64,000 nucleotides of DNA from a virus: the IMG/VR virus record IMGVR_UViG_3300038701_001599, positions 1 through 64,000 of that record; one strand, 5' to 3'. The translations under genes were made by a program, and so were the position numbers. Below, piece after piece: positions 6,272 to 15,438 of the stretch. The notes under the pieces were generated by a model that was not told where the DNA came from, searched no databases, and worked only from the letters and a program-made list of their open reading frames with translations. Position 1 is the stretch's first letter. Each line of letters opens with the position of its first letter.

Positions 6272-7453
6272 GTGCAATTTTTCATTACAAATCAGACTCA
6301 TCATATAAATTATAATGAGTTTAAAATTGTATCTTTAGATAAAGTTATTAAATATTTTAAAAATAGAAAGTTTATACAATTAGACTCAGAAACTACTGGA
6401 TTTGATCCACATACTGAGTCTTTACTTACCTTACAACTTGGGTCAACCGAACATCAGTTTGTTATTGATGCTTTAACGGTTGACCTCTCGCCTTTGAAAT
6501 CCCTATTAGAAGATAAAAGTAAGATTATATTAATACATAATGCCAAATTTGATCTAAAATGGCTTTATAAAATAGGGATTATTCCATTTACTAATATTTA
6601 TGATACTTTTTTAGCAGAAAGAGTATTATCTACTGGACTAGATTTACATAAGAAAAGTCTAAGTGCTTGTGTAGAACGTTATTGTGATGTTATTTTACCT
6701 AAAGAAGTAAGAAGTCAGATTAATAGATTAGGTATTTATAATTCTAAAGTATTAGCTTATGCTGCTAATGATGTTAAATATTTAGAAGATATATACCATG
6801 CTCAGCAGAAATTATTAAAAGAAAAAGAATTAGAGAAAGCAATTAGTTTAGACAATTTATTTGTATGTGTATTAGCTTATACTGAATACTTTGGTATTAA
6901 ACTAGATAAAAAATGCTGGTCAGATAAAGCAAAAGCAGATAAAGATAAATTATATATTATAAAGCAAGAATTAGATAATTTAGTTGTAGAATTTTCTAAA
7001 TTTAAAAAGCATACTAAGTATTTACAGCAGCCTGACTTATTTAATACAGAATATACTTGTGGAATTAATTGGAATTCTCAACAACAAGTTATTCCATTAT
7101 TTAAAGAATTAGGGCTAGAGCTTTCTACTGTAGACAAAAAGACAGGCCAAATAAAAGATAGTGTAGAGAGTAAAATTATAAAAGGACAAAAGGATAAACA
7201 TATTATAGTAGAAAAGTACTTACAATATCAAAAGGCTGCTAAATTAGTAAGTACTTATGGATTCTCATTTCTTAGCCACGTAAATCCTGTTACTCATCGT
7301 ATTCACAGTAATTTTACTCAGATTATGAACACTGGAAGACTCTCTTCTGGTGGAAGTGGTACTGTTAATATGCAGAATATTCCTGCAGGAAGAGAAAGAG
7401 AGTGCTTTACAACTGAAAAAGAAAATGTATTTGTAGTATCAGACTACTCGAGT
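6272..7453 (+). CDS. DNA polymerase family A, exon 1 (3'-5' exonuclease domain, thumb, first half of motif A)
   Basis: Exo I QLDSETTG, Exo II HNAKFDLKW, Exo III YAANDVKYL. Ends VVSDYSS, followed directly by TAA. GTG start; no in-frame ATG before Exo I. Confidence 0.8.
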
Positions 7454-7511
7454 TAACCAACAAATTTATAATAAATCATATAAAATTTAGTTAAATTAAT
7501 TTTAATTGTTG

Positions 7512-7519
7512 TATATTTG
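7512..7519 (+). promoter_or_regulatory. Possible Bacteroidota-type -7 promoter element (TAnnTTTG) for the endonuclease ORF
   Basis: TATATTTG lies 29 nt upstream of ATG 7548. No clear -33 TTTG partner was seen. Confidence 0.2.
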
Positions 7520-7547
7520 TGAACATTAATCATTAAATCACAAACAA

Positions 7548-8336
7548 ATGCAACAAAAAAGATTAAACGACGATTACATTGTAAAAGAATACTTAAAAGG
7601 AAGAACACAAAAAGCTATAGCTAAAGAACTAAATACCTATAATACATCTATTAGAAGAGTTTTGCTTAGAAATAATATTAAACCAAGAGGAAATCATATT
7701 GTACAAAGAATAGTAAAACATAACTTTTTACAAAATTTAAAAGATCCGAGTGTACAATATTGGTTAGGATTGTTAGCAACTGATGGGTGTATAACAAAAA
7801 ACTATAGTGTAATATTAGATTTACAAAAAAAAGATAGGCATGTTTTAGAAGATTATATTAAATTTTCTGGTTATCCTTTAAAACTAAGAACTACTACTCA
7901 TAAAAAAACAGGTATAAAGTCACATAGAGTAGATTTTTCAAATAAAGAATTGGTAGAGTTTTTAGAATCTATAGGAATAGCTAGAAGAAAAAGTCTAGAT
8001 ATGGAATTAAAAATACCTATTACTTTTGCAATGTTAAGAGGCATAATTGACGGGGACGGGAGTTTTAGTAGAATAAATAAAACTAGAGCAAGATTAAATA
8101 TCACAACGGGATCAAAAAAGTTTGCGCAACAAGTTTTTAATTTTTTAAAAGAAAATAATTTTAATCCTACGTTAACTAGTACTATTAGCAATAGAAAAAA
8201 CAGATATTACTCCGTAAATATGTTTCGTCAAAAAGAGTTATCTCTTTTATATGATTTATTATATTCAGATGCCAAGTATTTTTTAAAAAGAAAATACTTG
8301 AAAATTGGCTCGTTACTAGGGAAACCTAGTAAGTAA
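7548..8336 (+). CDS. LAGLIDADG homing endonuclease (double-motif) with N-terminal HTH-like region
   Basis: Two LAGLIDADG motifs, WLGLLATDGCI and LRGIIDGDGSF, about 90 aa apart. Sits inside the interrupted polymerase gene. Confidence 0.8.
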   Translation: MQQKRLNDDYIVKEYLKGRTQKAIAKELNTYNTSIRRVLLRNNIKPRGNHIVQRIVKHNFLQNLKDPSVQYWLGLLATDGCITKNYSVILDLQKKDRHVLEDYIKFSGYPLKLRTTTHKKTGIKSHRVDFSNKELVEFLESIGIARRKSLDMELKIPITFAMLRGIIDGDGSFSRINKTRARLNITTGSKKFAQQVFNFLKENNFNPTLTSTISNRKNRYYSVNMFRQKELSLLYDLLYSDAKYFLKRKYLKIGSLLGKPSK

Positions 8337-8501
8337 ATTTCACTAAAACGGGGAAACCTTTGCATCAGGCAATCCCGTGCTAGCAAATAGATTAGGGCTG
8401 TTACCCTGTAATATCTATTGGGCAAGTGTAGAGACTTTACGTGAAACACCTGTACTTAACAGAGATGGTGAAGAGAAAGTCCAGCCAGAATAAACTGGTT
8501 G

Positions 8502-9356
8502 CAAGAGGGACGAGTGTTAGCAGAATACGCTAATGACCCTGATTATAGTGAGATTAGTTTAAATCCTGATAAAGATTTACATAGCTTTTCTGCTAAATTA
8601 TTATATCCTGAATTAGAGCCTCTTTCAGTATCAGAAATTAAGAAGAATCATTCTGATAAAAGGCAAAAGGCTAAGTCAATCTCATTTGCGATACCCTACG
8701 GAGGCAATGGGGCTACTATAGCTCAAAACCTCTCTTTAAGTATAAAACAAGGAGAAGATATTTATAATAAATTTATGAATGCTTTTCCAGGATTAAAAAA
8801 TTATTTTAATCAAGTAAAAAAAGAAACTATAGAACAAGGATATGTTCTTATAAATAAATTAACAGGAAGAAAAAGTTTTTTCTATAATTATGACGAATAT
8901 TTAAATTTAAAAGAAAGGCTAGAAAGTTATTCTAATAGTATAAATCATCCTGAGTCATTTCAAGGTTTATCTCAAACTTTTTGGGATTATTATGGACAAC
9001 AGAAAAGTATAGAAAGTGATATTTTTTTAGAAATGAAAGCATTACTTAGTAAGTATTTTAAATTAAAGAATACTTTTGAAAGAAAAGGGTTAAATTTTCC
9101 AATACAAGGTAGTTCTGCAGAAATGACTAAGTTAGCTGGCATTAAATTTTATCAGTGGATATTAGAAAAGAATTTATGGGGAAAAGTATTTATTTGTGCT
9201 TTTGTACACGACGAGATAGTCACTGAATGTCCTAAAAATATAGCAAACACAGTATCAAAAAAACTAAAGCAATGTATGGAAAGTGCAGGTAAAATATTTT
9301 GCCCTACTATTCCTATCATTGCAGAACCAAATATTGGAGAAAAATGGGATCATTAA
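8502..9356 (+). CDS. DNA polymerase family A, exon 2 (rest of motif A, motifs B and C)
   Basis: QEGRVLAEY; motif B RQKAKSISFAIPYGG; motif C FVHDEIV. No in-frame ATG (stop at 8469-8471; the track start is only TTG 8499). Confidence 0.8.
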   Translation, partial: QEGRVLAEYANDPDYSEISLNPDKDLHSFSAKLLYPELEPLSVSEIKKNHSDKRQKAKSISFAIPYGGNGATIAQNLSLSIKQGEDIYNKFMNAFPGLKNYFNQVKKETIEQGYVLINKLTGRKSFFYNYDEYLNLKERLESYSNSINHPESFQGLSQTFWDYYGQQKSIESDIFLEMKALLSKYFKLKNTFERKGLNFPIQGSSAEMTKLAGIKFYQWILEKNLWGKVFICAFVHDEIVTECPKNIANTVSKKLKQCMESAGKIFCPTIPIIAEPNIGEKWDH

Positions 9357-9399
9357 TAGGTCAATTTTACGAAAATATTTTTAATTAAAATTAAAGATA

Positions 9400-10041
9400 A
9401 TGAAGTCTAAAAAAGAATTCTGCTTTAATTATAATGATAAAGATTATTATGTAGGAGATAAAGTATTTGTACTTATTAAGGGGAAATTTGTAGAGGGCTT
9501 AATACAAAAAGAAGGAGAAAAATTATATATCTGCAACAATATAAAAGATGGGATAAGGGCTAAAGATACTTTAGGGTACAAATACTCTTGGGCCTTTAGT
9601 TTTACTGGAGATGCTTTTACAGACGGAGTAAAATTCTTTAATTTTTCAAGGAAAGATATAGAAGCATACAATGAGAAAAAGGGATTATATTTTGAAAAAA
9701 TACAAGGTATAAGTTCTGATAAATTTAAAATTTATTTAAAAGGAGAAACAATACTGGCTTTTAATTTAAAAATGTATCCTGAATGTTGTGGAAGTAATAT
9801 TATTTATGATTTTAAAGAAAATCTTTATAATACAACAAGACATTTAAGTAATGAGAAAAATGTTGTATTCTGGGAAACATTAAAGAATTCATTATTTATA
9901 AGAACTAATACCAATGCAATATTAAAAAAAGATCAATTTGGAGCTATAAAGCTAATCAAATTATTAGGATTTGAAGAGATTAATAGATTTATTAATAAAA
10001 ACACGGATAATGAATTAATTATGTATTCTAAAAACGTATAG
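9400..10041 (+). CDS. Hypothetical protein
   Basis: ORF track; 213 aa. Confidence 0.6.
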   Translation: MKSKKEFCFNYNDKDYYVGDKVFVLIKGKFVEGLIQKEGEKLYICNNIKDGIRAKDTLGYKYSWAFSFTGDAFTDGVKFFNFSRKDIEAYNEKKGLYFEKIQGISSDKFKIYLKGETILAFNLKMYPECCGSNIIYDFKENLYNTTRHLSNEKNVVFWETLKNSLFIRTNTNAILKKDQFGAIKLIKLLGFEEINRFINKNTDNELIMYSKNV

Positions 10042-10042
10042 A

Positions 10043-10567
10043 ATGGAATACAATAAAGATCTTTATACCAAAGAAAAAATTAGAGAACTTATTAAAGAAA
10101 TAGGTACTAAACTTAATAATTATTTTAATAATGAAGAAACCAAAGATAAGTTAAAAGTATTAGATAATAATGAAGGTAGAACATATTATACTGGAGTAAC
10201 AGAAGAGTACATTCATACTTATGTTTTAGAGCAAAAGTATTTAGACCCTTTTGAAAGAATGATAGTTAAGTATTGTTTAGCAAAAGCAAATATTAAAGAT
10301 TATCCAGGTGGGTATAGTATAAAAAGATTATTCTGTGGACATGTAGAAGATATGGTTTATGAAAGTGGGAAATATCCCACATTACATTGGTCTACAGAAC
10401 TGGTACTGGATGACGGAGAATACTTCTTTTCATTTCAAGGTATTGGAGAAAAAGGAGGTATACTATCAGGAAAAAGAACGCCTTTTATACCCCCTAATGA
10501 AAAGAGCAAACAATCTCAAAAAATCTTATTGGAAAGTTTTAACTTTATTAATAGTTTACTAAATTAA
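10043..10567 (+). CDS. Hypothetical protein
   Basis: ORF track; starts 1 nt after the upstream stop. Confidence 0.6.
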   Translation: MEYNKDLYTKEKIRELIKEIGTKLNNYFNNEETKDKLKVLDNNEGRTYYTGVTEEYIHTYVLEQKYLDPFERMIVKYCLAKANIKDYPGGYSIKRLFCGHVEDMVYESGKYPTLHWSTELVLDDGEYFFSFQGIGEKGGILSGKRTPFIPPNEKSKQSQKILLESFNFINSLLN

Positions 10568-10568
10568 A

Positions 10569-10592
10569 CAAACCACAAACCAAACCAAACCA
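10569..10592 (+). repeat. (CAAAC)n microsatellite in 5' leader
   Basis: CAAACC A CAAAC CAAAC CAAAC running into CAATG, the start of the 10593 gene. Confidence 0.6.
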
Positions 10593-11159
10593 ATGACAAT
10601 TACAGAAATAAAAACATTAATTAACAAAGCCAAAGTAAAAAGTAAGGACGCCGCTATTTTATTAATTTATGCTATAGAAAATAATATTGAGCCAGCTTGT
10701 GTTTTAATTACAGAACAAGATATTCAAAATTTAAGTAAAGCAAACGTTATTTATATAGATAGAAAAGGTAAACCACAAGTAAATTATTCTCTGTTAAAAG
10801 ATAAAGCTAAGGAAAATAAAAATAAAGAAATTTATGATTATGTTAAAGGTAATATTGAGGAATATAGGAAGCTCTGGAAAGGACTTTTTACAGGCAGTAT
10901 GGGTACACCATCAGCTTGTATAGATAAGCTAACAGAGTGGCTTATAAACAATCCTCAATATACTTTTGAAGATGTTTTAAAAGCAGCAAATTATTGGATA
11001 GATAGTAAATCTAAAGAAGTAGAAAATCTTATGATACTAGGCCAAGCAGATTACTTTATCTATAAAAACGTAGATGGAGTACAAACTTCTAGACTATCCT
11101 CTGTAATAGAAGAAGCTTTAGAAAATGCTTCTACTTCTGGCTTTGAAACTTTAATTTAA
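10593..11159 (+). CDS. Hypothetical protein (replication module)
   Basis: ORF track; preceded by the AAACCAATG context. Confidence 0.6.
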   Translation: MTITEIKTLINKAKVKSKDAAILLIYAIENNIEPACVLITEQDIQNLSKANVIYIDRKGKPQVNYSLLKDKAKENKNKEIYDYVKGNIEEYRKLWKGLFTGSMGTPSACIDKLTEWLINNPQYTFEDVLKAANYWIDSKSKEVENLMILGQADYFIYKNVDGVQTSRLSSVIEEALENASTSGFETLI

Positions 11160-11165
11160 TTAACC

Positions 11166-11957
11166 ATGGTAGTAAATCTGTATAATACAGAAAATAAATA
11201 TTATAAAGAAAAAGAAAAAGTAGCTCTTAGTAATATTGCTTATACTCATAAAGATGCAAGATATATTCCAAATGCTTCAGAAGACTTTTCTAAAAAACCT
11301 TTTATAAAAAATCTAAGTAGTTTTAAAAAAAAGAGTGGGCTTTCTTTTGCAAAACCGTGTGCAGTAACTGGAGAATTTGTAGTAAGTAGCAATACCCCAA
11401 TACTTGCTCCCTTTGATGGTAATTGCAAAGTAGGGTATATAATAAATATATATAATTTAGAATGGGTTAAAGTTTATAAAGATATACTTATATACCTAGA
11501 CTTTTTATTAAAGTTTGGGAAAGAAAAAACTTTATTTTTATGTACAATAAAGTCTTCAGATAAGTATATTTTAGACGCGATAAAAAAGAAATTTATTGTA
11601 CCTTATGAAAATAAAGTAAGAATTGGATATGATAAAACTTATCAAATTCATTTTGCTATTCTTAACCATCATGCAGATAATATTTACTTTAAAACAGAAA
11701 AGAAAGAGTTAGAAAATACTGGGTTTGTAATTAAGACTGATCCAGTAGAAGGAGTACCAGATTATTATAAGATGGATTATAAAAAGGCAGATAAACCAGA
11801 AAAAGTAAAAAAAGTACATTGTATTAATCCGACTAGGCTTCTTGAGCCAAAAGTATATGAAGTAGTAAGTTCTACAAAGACTCTTTATAAAGTTAAAAAT
11901 AAGGATGGAAATTGTTTGTATTATAAAAAAGATAGGTTTAAAGAGATTGCAACATGA
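11166..11957 (+). CDS. Hypothetical protein
   Basis: ORF track; its stop overlaps the helicase start. Confidence 0.6.
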   Translation: MVVNLYNTENKYYKEKEKVALSNIAYTHKDARYIPNASEDFSKKPFIKNLSSFKKKSGLSFAKPCAVTGEFVVSSNTPILAPFDGNCKVGYIINIYNLEWVKVYKDILIYLDFLLKFGKEKTLFLCTIKSSDKYILDAIKKKFIVPYENKVRIGYDKTYQIHFAILNHHADNIYFKTEKKELENTGFVIKTDPVEGVPDYYKMDYKKADKPEKVKKVHCINPTRLLEPKVYEVVSSTKTLYKVKNKDGNCLYYKKDRFKEIAT

Positions 11958-13027
11958 GTGCAACAAGGAAAAGAGTAGAGCAGTTAGAAGCACAGAAAAA
12001 GCTTAGAGAAGATGGAAAACTATTCTTTATGCCTTGGTTCTATCATTTTCCTAGGTTAAGTGAACATGTACCAGGTTTAATTAAGGGACAGCTTACAAAA
12101 ATACTTTCTCCGACGGGCGTGGGCAAATCTAAATTAGCGCGCTATTTATCAGTTATTATACCGTATGAGTTAAAGTTAAAATATGGGCTAAAGTATAAAA
12201 CCTTATTTTTTTCATTAGAAGAAAGTAAAGAAGATTTTATAGATAATATGATTATCATGTTATTAAAAATGAGACATAATATTGAGATAGATATTTTAAC
12301 TTTAAATTCTTATTTTAAAGCCCCTCTAGATGATAAAGTATTAGAAAAAATTATGGAAATTAGTGATGAAGTAGATGAAATTTTAAAAGATGTAGAAATT
12401 ATAGATAATATAAAGAATCCTACAGGTATTTATTCTTATGTGAAAGAGTTTTCTAATAGGCATGGAAAACATTATAGCAAGAAAGTACAATTTGATACAG
12501 GAGAAGCTGAAATTTATAGCCATTATGAACAATATGACCCAGAATTATTTATTACTGTCGTAGTAGACCATATAGGCTTATTACAAACAGAGTATGATAG
12601 TCTAAAAGGTAAAAAATTATCAGCACATGAAGCATTAGCAAAGTGGTCAACTGACTACTGCGTTGGGCAAATTTGTAAACATTTAAAATATTGTGTTTTA
12701 AATGTCCAACAAGTAGGTATGTCATCAGATGATGTTACCCACTTTAAAGCAGGTAAATTAGAACCTAGTATTAGTGATGCTGGTAAGAATAAAGAAATTA
12801 TTCAAGATGACCATTTAGTAGTATCATTATATGCTCCTAGTAGACATGAACAATCTACTCACGACGGATATAATGTAAAAATTATGCAAGATAAGTATCG
12901 AAGTATGAAGGTGCTGAAAAATAGAAAAGGTAAAAGTTATATAAAGATAGGATTATACTTTGAAGGCGCTACGGGTAGATTTTCAGAATTGCCACCTCTT
13001 GCAGAAATTAATTACGATGACTATTAA
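11954..13027 (+). CDS. DnaB-like replicative helicase (RecA-fold C-terminal domain)
   Basis: Walker A SPTGVGKS; H1a FSLEES; Walker B VVVDHIGLL; H3 NVQQVG; H4 EIIQDDHLVVSLYAPSR; KNRKGKS. Confidence 0.7.
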   Translation: MSATRKRVEQLEAQKKLREDGKLFFMPWFYHFPRLSEHVPGLIKGQLTKILSPTGVGKSKLARYLSVIIPYELKLKYGLKYKTLFFSLEESKEDFIDNMIIMLLKMRHNIEIDILTLNSYFKAPLDDKVLEKIMEISDEVDEILKDVEIIDNIKNPTGIYSYVKEFSNRHGKHYSKKVQFDTGEAEIYSHYEQYDPELFITVVVDHIGLLQTEYDSLKGKKLSAHEALAKWSTDYCVGQICKHLKYCVLNVQQVGMSSDDVTHFKAGKLEPSISDAGKNKEIIQDDHLVVSLYAPSRHEQSTHDGYNVKIMQDKYRSMKVLKNRKGKSYIKIGLYFEGATGRFSELPPLAEINYDDY

Positions 13028-13040
13028 TTAAAGTGACAAA

Positions 13041-13544
13041 ATGGTAAAATTTAAAAAAGATAGAAACTTCTTATTTACTGAGAAAACACTAGAAAAAGCT
13101 TTTTCTGAAGACGGTGACTTTTATGATTATTTAGATACAAATGAAGTAGACGATTATTTTGAAAAAGAGGTTACTATTGACGGTAAAACTATAGATTTAA
13201 CAGATAATAAGAACCCTGTTTTTAATTTATTAGGAGAATATAGTGATATTATTCTAGAAGTAAGGCCAACTGATAGTAATTGTCAGATTGCTATTGTAGA
13301 TAGATTTGATGACTTTATTAATGAATTTTTATTAGAAAGTAAAGGTTTCAAAGTATTAGATAAAATTTTAAATTTTATGGATAAGCCTTATTATTTATTT
13401 CATGTAACTACTCTATATAAGAACAAAATAGAAAATTTTTTAGAAGAGTATGGGTATAAAATAGAGTATAGCAATAGAATAGAAACTTATTCAAGTGTTC
13501 AACACCATATCCTTTTAAAAAATCCACATTACTCTACAGACTAA
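13041..13544 (+). CDS. Hypothetical acidic protein
   Basis: ORF track; 167 aa. Confidence 0.6.
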   Translation: MVKFKKDRNFLFTEKTLEKAFSEDGDFYDYLDTNEVDDYFEKEVTIDGKTIDLTDNKNPVFNLLGEYSDIILEVRPTDSNCQIAIVDRFDDFINEFLLESKGFKVLDKILNFMDKPYYLFHVTTLYKNKIENFLEEYGYKIEYSNRIETYSSVQHHILLKNPHYSTD

Positions 13545-13574
13545 TTAAAATAAATAATAAACTAAATCAAACCA

Positions 13575-14360
13575 ATGTTAATTCCAAAACCAGGGTCTAT
13601 ACAGGCCCCTACACACCAGAATCCCAGAGAACTTTTTATATTTGCCCAGACTAAAACAGGCAAAACTTCTTTAATAGAAGGTTTAGAAAACCATCTTCTT
13701 ATTGATACAGAAAATGGTAGTGAGTTTGTATCAGGTACTAAAATTAATTTATTGAATTTAGCTCAGGAACAAGGTAAATCTCCTGTAGAATTAATGATGC
13801 AAGTAGCAGAAGAAATCAGAATGGTAAATGAGAAAAAAGGAAGTAAAGTATATGATTATATTGTCATAGACACTGTTACTTTTCTAGAATCTATAGCTAA
13901 AGAATTAGCAGCAGAAATGTATAAAAGCACTCCTATGGGCAAAGCTTGGAAAGGAGAAGATATTACTACCCTTCCTATGGGCGCGGGTTATGGATATGTG
14001 CGAATGGCCTTTAATAAACTTTTAAACCCTTTTAAAACCCTTCCAGCTAAGGCTTTAATTATGTTTGGTCACGTAAAGAATGCGTCTATTAATAAAGAGG
14101 GGAAAGATTTATCTGCTAAGGATATAAATTTAACGGGTGCACTAAAAACAATAGTAGCAGCAGAAAGTGATGCAATAGGTTATATGTTTAGGGATAAGGG
14201 AAGTAATCAGAATATTATTAGTTTTAAAACTCACGAACAGGATTTAGCTAGTGGTGCAAGACCCCCTCATCTTAGAGGACAAGAGTTTGTTATTAGCGAA
14301 ATGACCGAAGATGGGAAAATTAAGACTCACTGGGATAAAATTTTCTTACCTGAAAAGTAA
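13575..14360 (+). CDS. RecA-fold ATPase, AAA_24 / Sak4-like
   Basis: Walker A AQTKTGKTS and Walker B YIVIDTVTFLE. Position matches the AAA_24 genes of crAss-like replication modules. Confidence 0.55.
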   Translation: MLIPKPGSIQAPTHQNPRELFIFAQTKTGKTSLIEGLENHLLIDTENGSEFVSGTKINLLNLAQEQGKSPVELMMQVAEEIRMVNEKKGSKVYDYIVIDTVTFLESIAKELAAEMYKSTPMGKAWKGEDITTLPMGAGYGYVRMAFNKLLNPFKTLPAKALIMFGHVKNASINKEGKDLSAKDINLTGALKTIVAAESDAIGYMFRDKGSNQNIISFKTHEQDLASGARPPHLRGQEFVISEMTEDGKIKTHWDKIFLPEK

Positions 14361-14363
14361 ACT

Positions 14364-14552
14364 ATGGTATATAAAAAAGAGCCGTGTAGAAGGCACGGCA
14401 ACATAAACTGCGATATATGTGGATTTAATACAGAAACAAAAGCGCAAAGAAGAATGAGAGATATGATAGATAAAGCAGAAAGAAATTGGAAATTAAAGTT
14501 TGGTAACACTTTTAAATTACCTAAATTAAATAACAAAACAAATAAAAATTAA
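14364..14552 (+). CDS. Small Cys-containing hypothetical protein
   Basis: ORF track; contains CRRHGNINCDIC. Confidence 0.45.
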   Translation: MVYKKEPCRRHGNINCDICGFNTETKAQRRMRDMIDKAERNWKLKFGNTFKLPKLNNKTNKN

Positions 14553-14559
14553 TATTAAT

Positions 14560-15438
14560 ATGGGAAATTTCGATAAATATAACGAAACATTTAACAGTGG
14601 TTCTGGAAGCGCAAGTGCAGTTTATACTGGTTTAACTGCTACTAAAGTATTAGGAATTAATCCTAATAGAGAACAGCTCAAGAAAATTATTGGAGATGGG
14701 GCTGAAAAGTTTAACGTAAAATACGAAGTAGAAGATAATCCAGTTTTAGGTGCTAAGACCAGACCACTAGTTATGTGGCTACAAGACAAGAATGAAAAAG
14801 TATCTCCATTTATCTTTCAGACTAACTTAGGAAAAGACCTTCAGAAGTCTAAAAGTGGTAATGTAAAAGTAATTAATTCTAAACTACAAGATACTTGGGG
14901 AGCTAGCAAAGAAGCTGTTACAGAGAACCCAAAGATGTCTTGGTTTAGTCAAACTGGAATTCGTGAAGCTCGAATTGGCGAGTTTGAGTATTATAAATTC
15001 CTAGCAACCCTTCTTCGCTTTGATTTTAACAACGAGTCAGTTAACTTCTTTGAAATGTGTGCTGATCTTGATCTAGATTTTGATAAAGTATTGTCTGGAG
15101 ACTACTCTGGACTACATTCTCTTGTAGAGTACATTAACAAAGCAGAGTCTGAAAAATATATTGGCCTAGTATTTGCTGCTAAGCAAAAGCAAGATGGTAA
15201 TTACCGCCAAGACATTCTTTGGATTCCTGAGCTGTTTTATCGCACTGGGGGAGAAATTTCTGAAGGACAAATTATTAATTTTGAAGAAAAGTGTGCTGAT
15301 AAGGAAGCAGAAGGATACCCATACGCAGCATCAAAAGAATTTTCATCAAGATTTAAAGAATTTACAGCTAATACTCCTAAAGAAACCGTATCTCCAGAAA
15401 CAACAGAAATTAATAATATTGATGACTGGATAAGCTAA
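14560..15438 (+). CDS. Hypothetical replication-module protein (possible ssDNA-binding protein; speculative)
   Basis: ORF track. Lies between the recombinase-like ATPase and the primase. Acidic C-terminal tail ...TTEINNIDDWIS. Confidence 0.5.
   Translation: MGNFDKYNETFNSGSGSASAVYTGLTATKVLGINPNREQLKKIIGDGAEKFNVKYEVEDNPVLGAKTRPLVMWLQDKNEKVSPFIFQTNLGKDLQKSKSGNVKVINSKLQDTWGASKEAVTENPKMSWFSQTGIREARIGEFEYYKFLATLLRFDFNNESVNFFEMCADLDLDFDKVLSGDYSGLHSLVEYINKAESEKYIGLVFAAKQKQDGNYRQDILWIPELFYRTGGEISEGQIINFEEKCADKEAEGYPYAASKEFSSRFKEFTANTPKETVSPETTEINNIDDWIS

Larger units (their letters stand above)
7454..8501 (+). mobile_element. Probable group I intron carrying a homing endonuclease ORF
   Basis: U precedes the proposed 5' splice site and G8501 ends the intron. 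Joining restores motif A (DYSS-QEGRVLAEY). The GC-richer 3' part (8340-8501) has helices 8348-8353/8373-8378, 8386-8392/8413-8419, 8433-8438/8476-8481 and 8483-8488/8495-8500. Confidence 0.55.

Noticed and set aside
8470-8486. GAAGAGAAAGTCCAGCC resembles the RNase P RNA P4 consensus GAGGAAAGUCCGGGC
   Set aside because: The structured context is only about 160 nt, lies inside the polymerase insert, and no other RNase P conserved regions are visible. Most likely coincidence within the intron 3' domain.
8499-9356. Treating 8499-9356 as an independent gene starting at TTG
   Set aside because: It begins in the middle of PolA motif A and has no ATG or leader context. An in-frame stop lies 28 nt upstream. 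It is better explained as exon 2 of the interrupted polymerase. A split, separately translated polymerase remains the alternative to splicing.
10359-10562. Same-strand nested alternative-frame ORFs (10359-10562, 15173-15433, 37313-37510) and the upstream-extended starts at 25775, 18555, 5920 and 33926
   Set aside because: They are fully contained in, or heavily overlap, better-supported genes in another frame. The extended starts create 40-90 nt overlaps, whereas downstream ATGs give the 1-10 nt overlaps typical of this genome.
10569-10592. CRISPR array or other interspaced repeats
   Set aside because: Only a short (CAAAC)n microsatellite and scattered palindromes exist. No repeat-spacer periodicity appears anywhere in the window.
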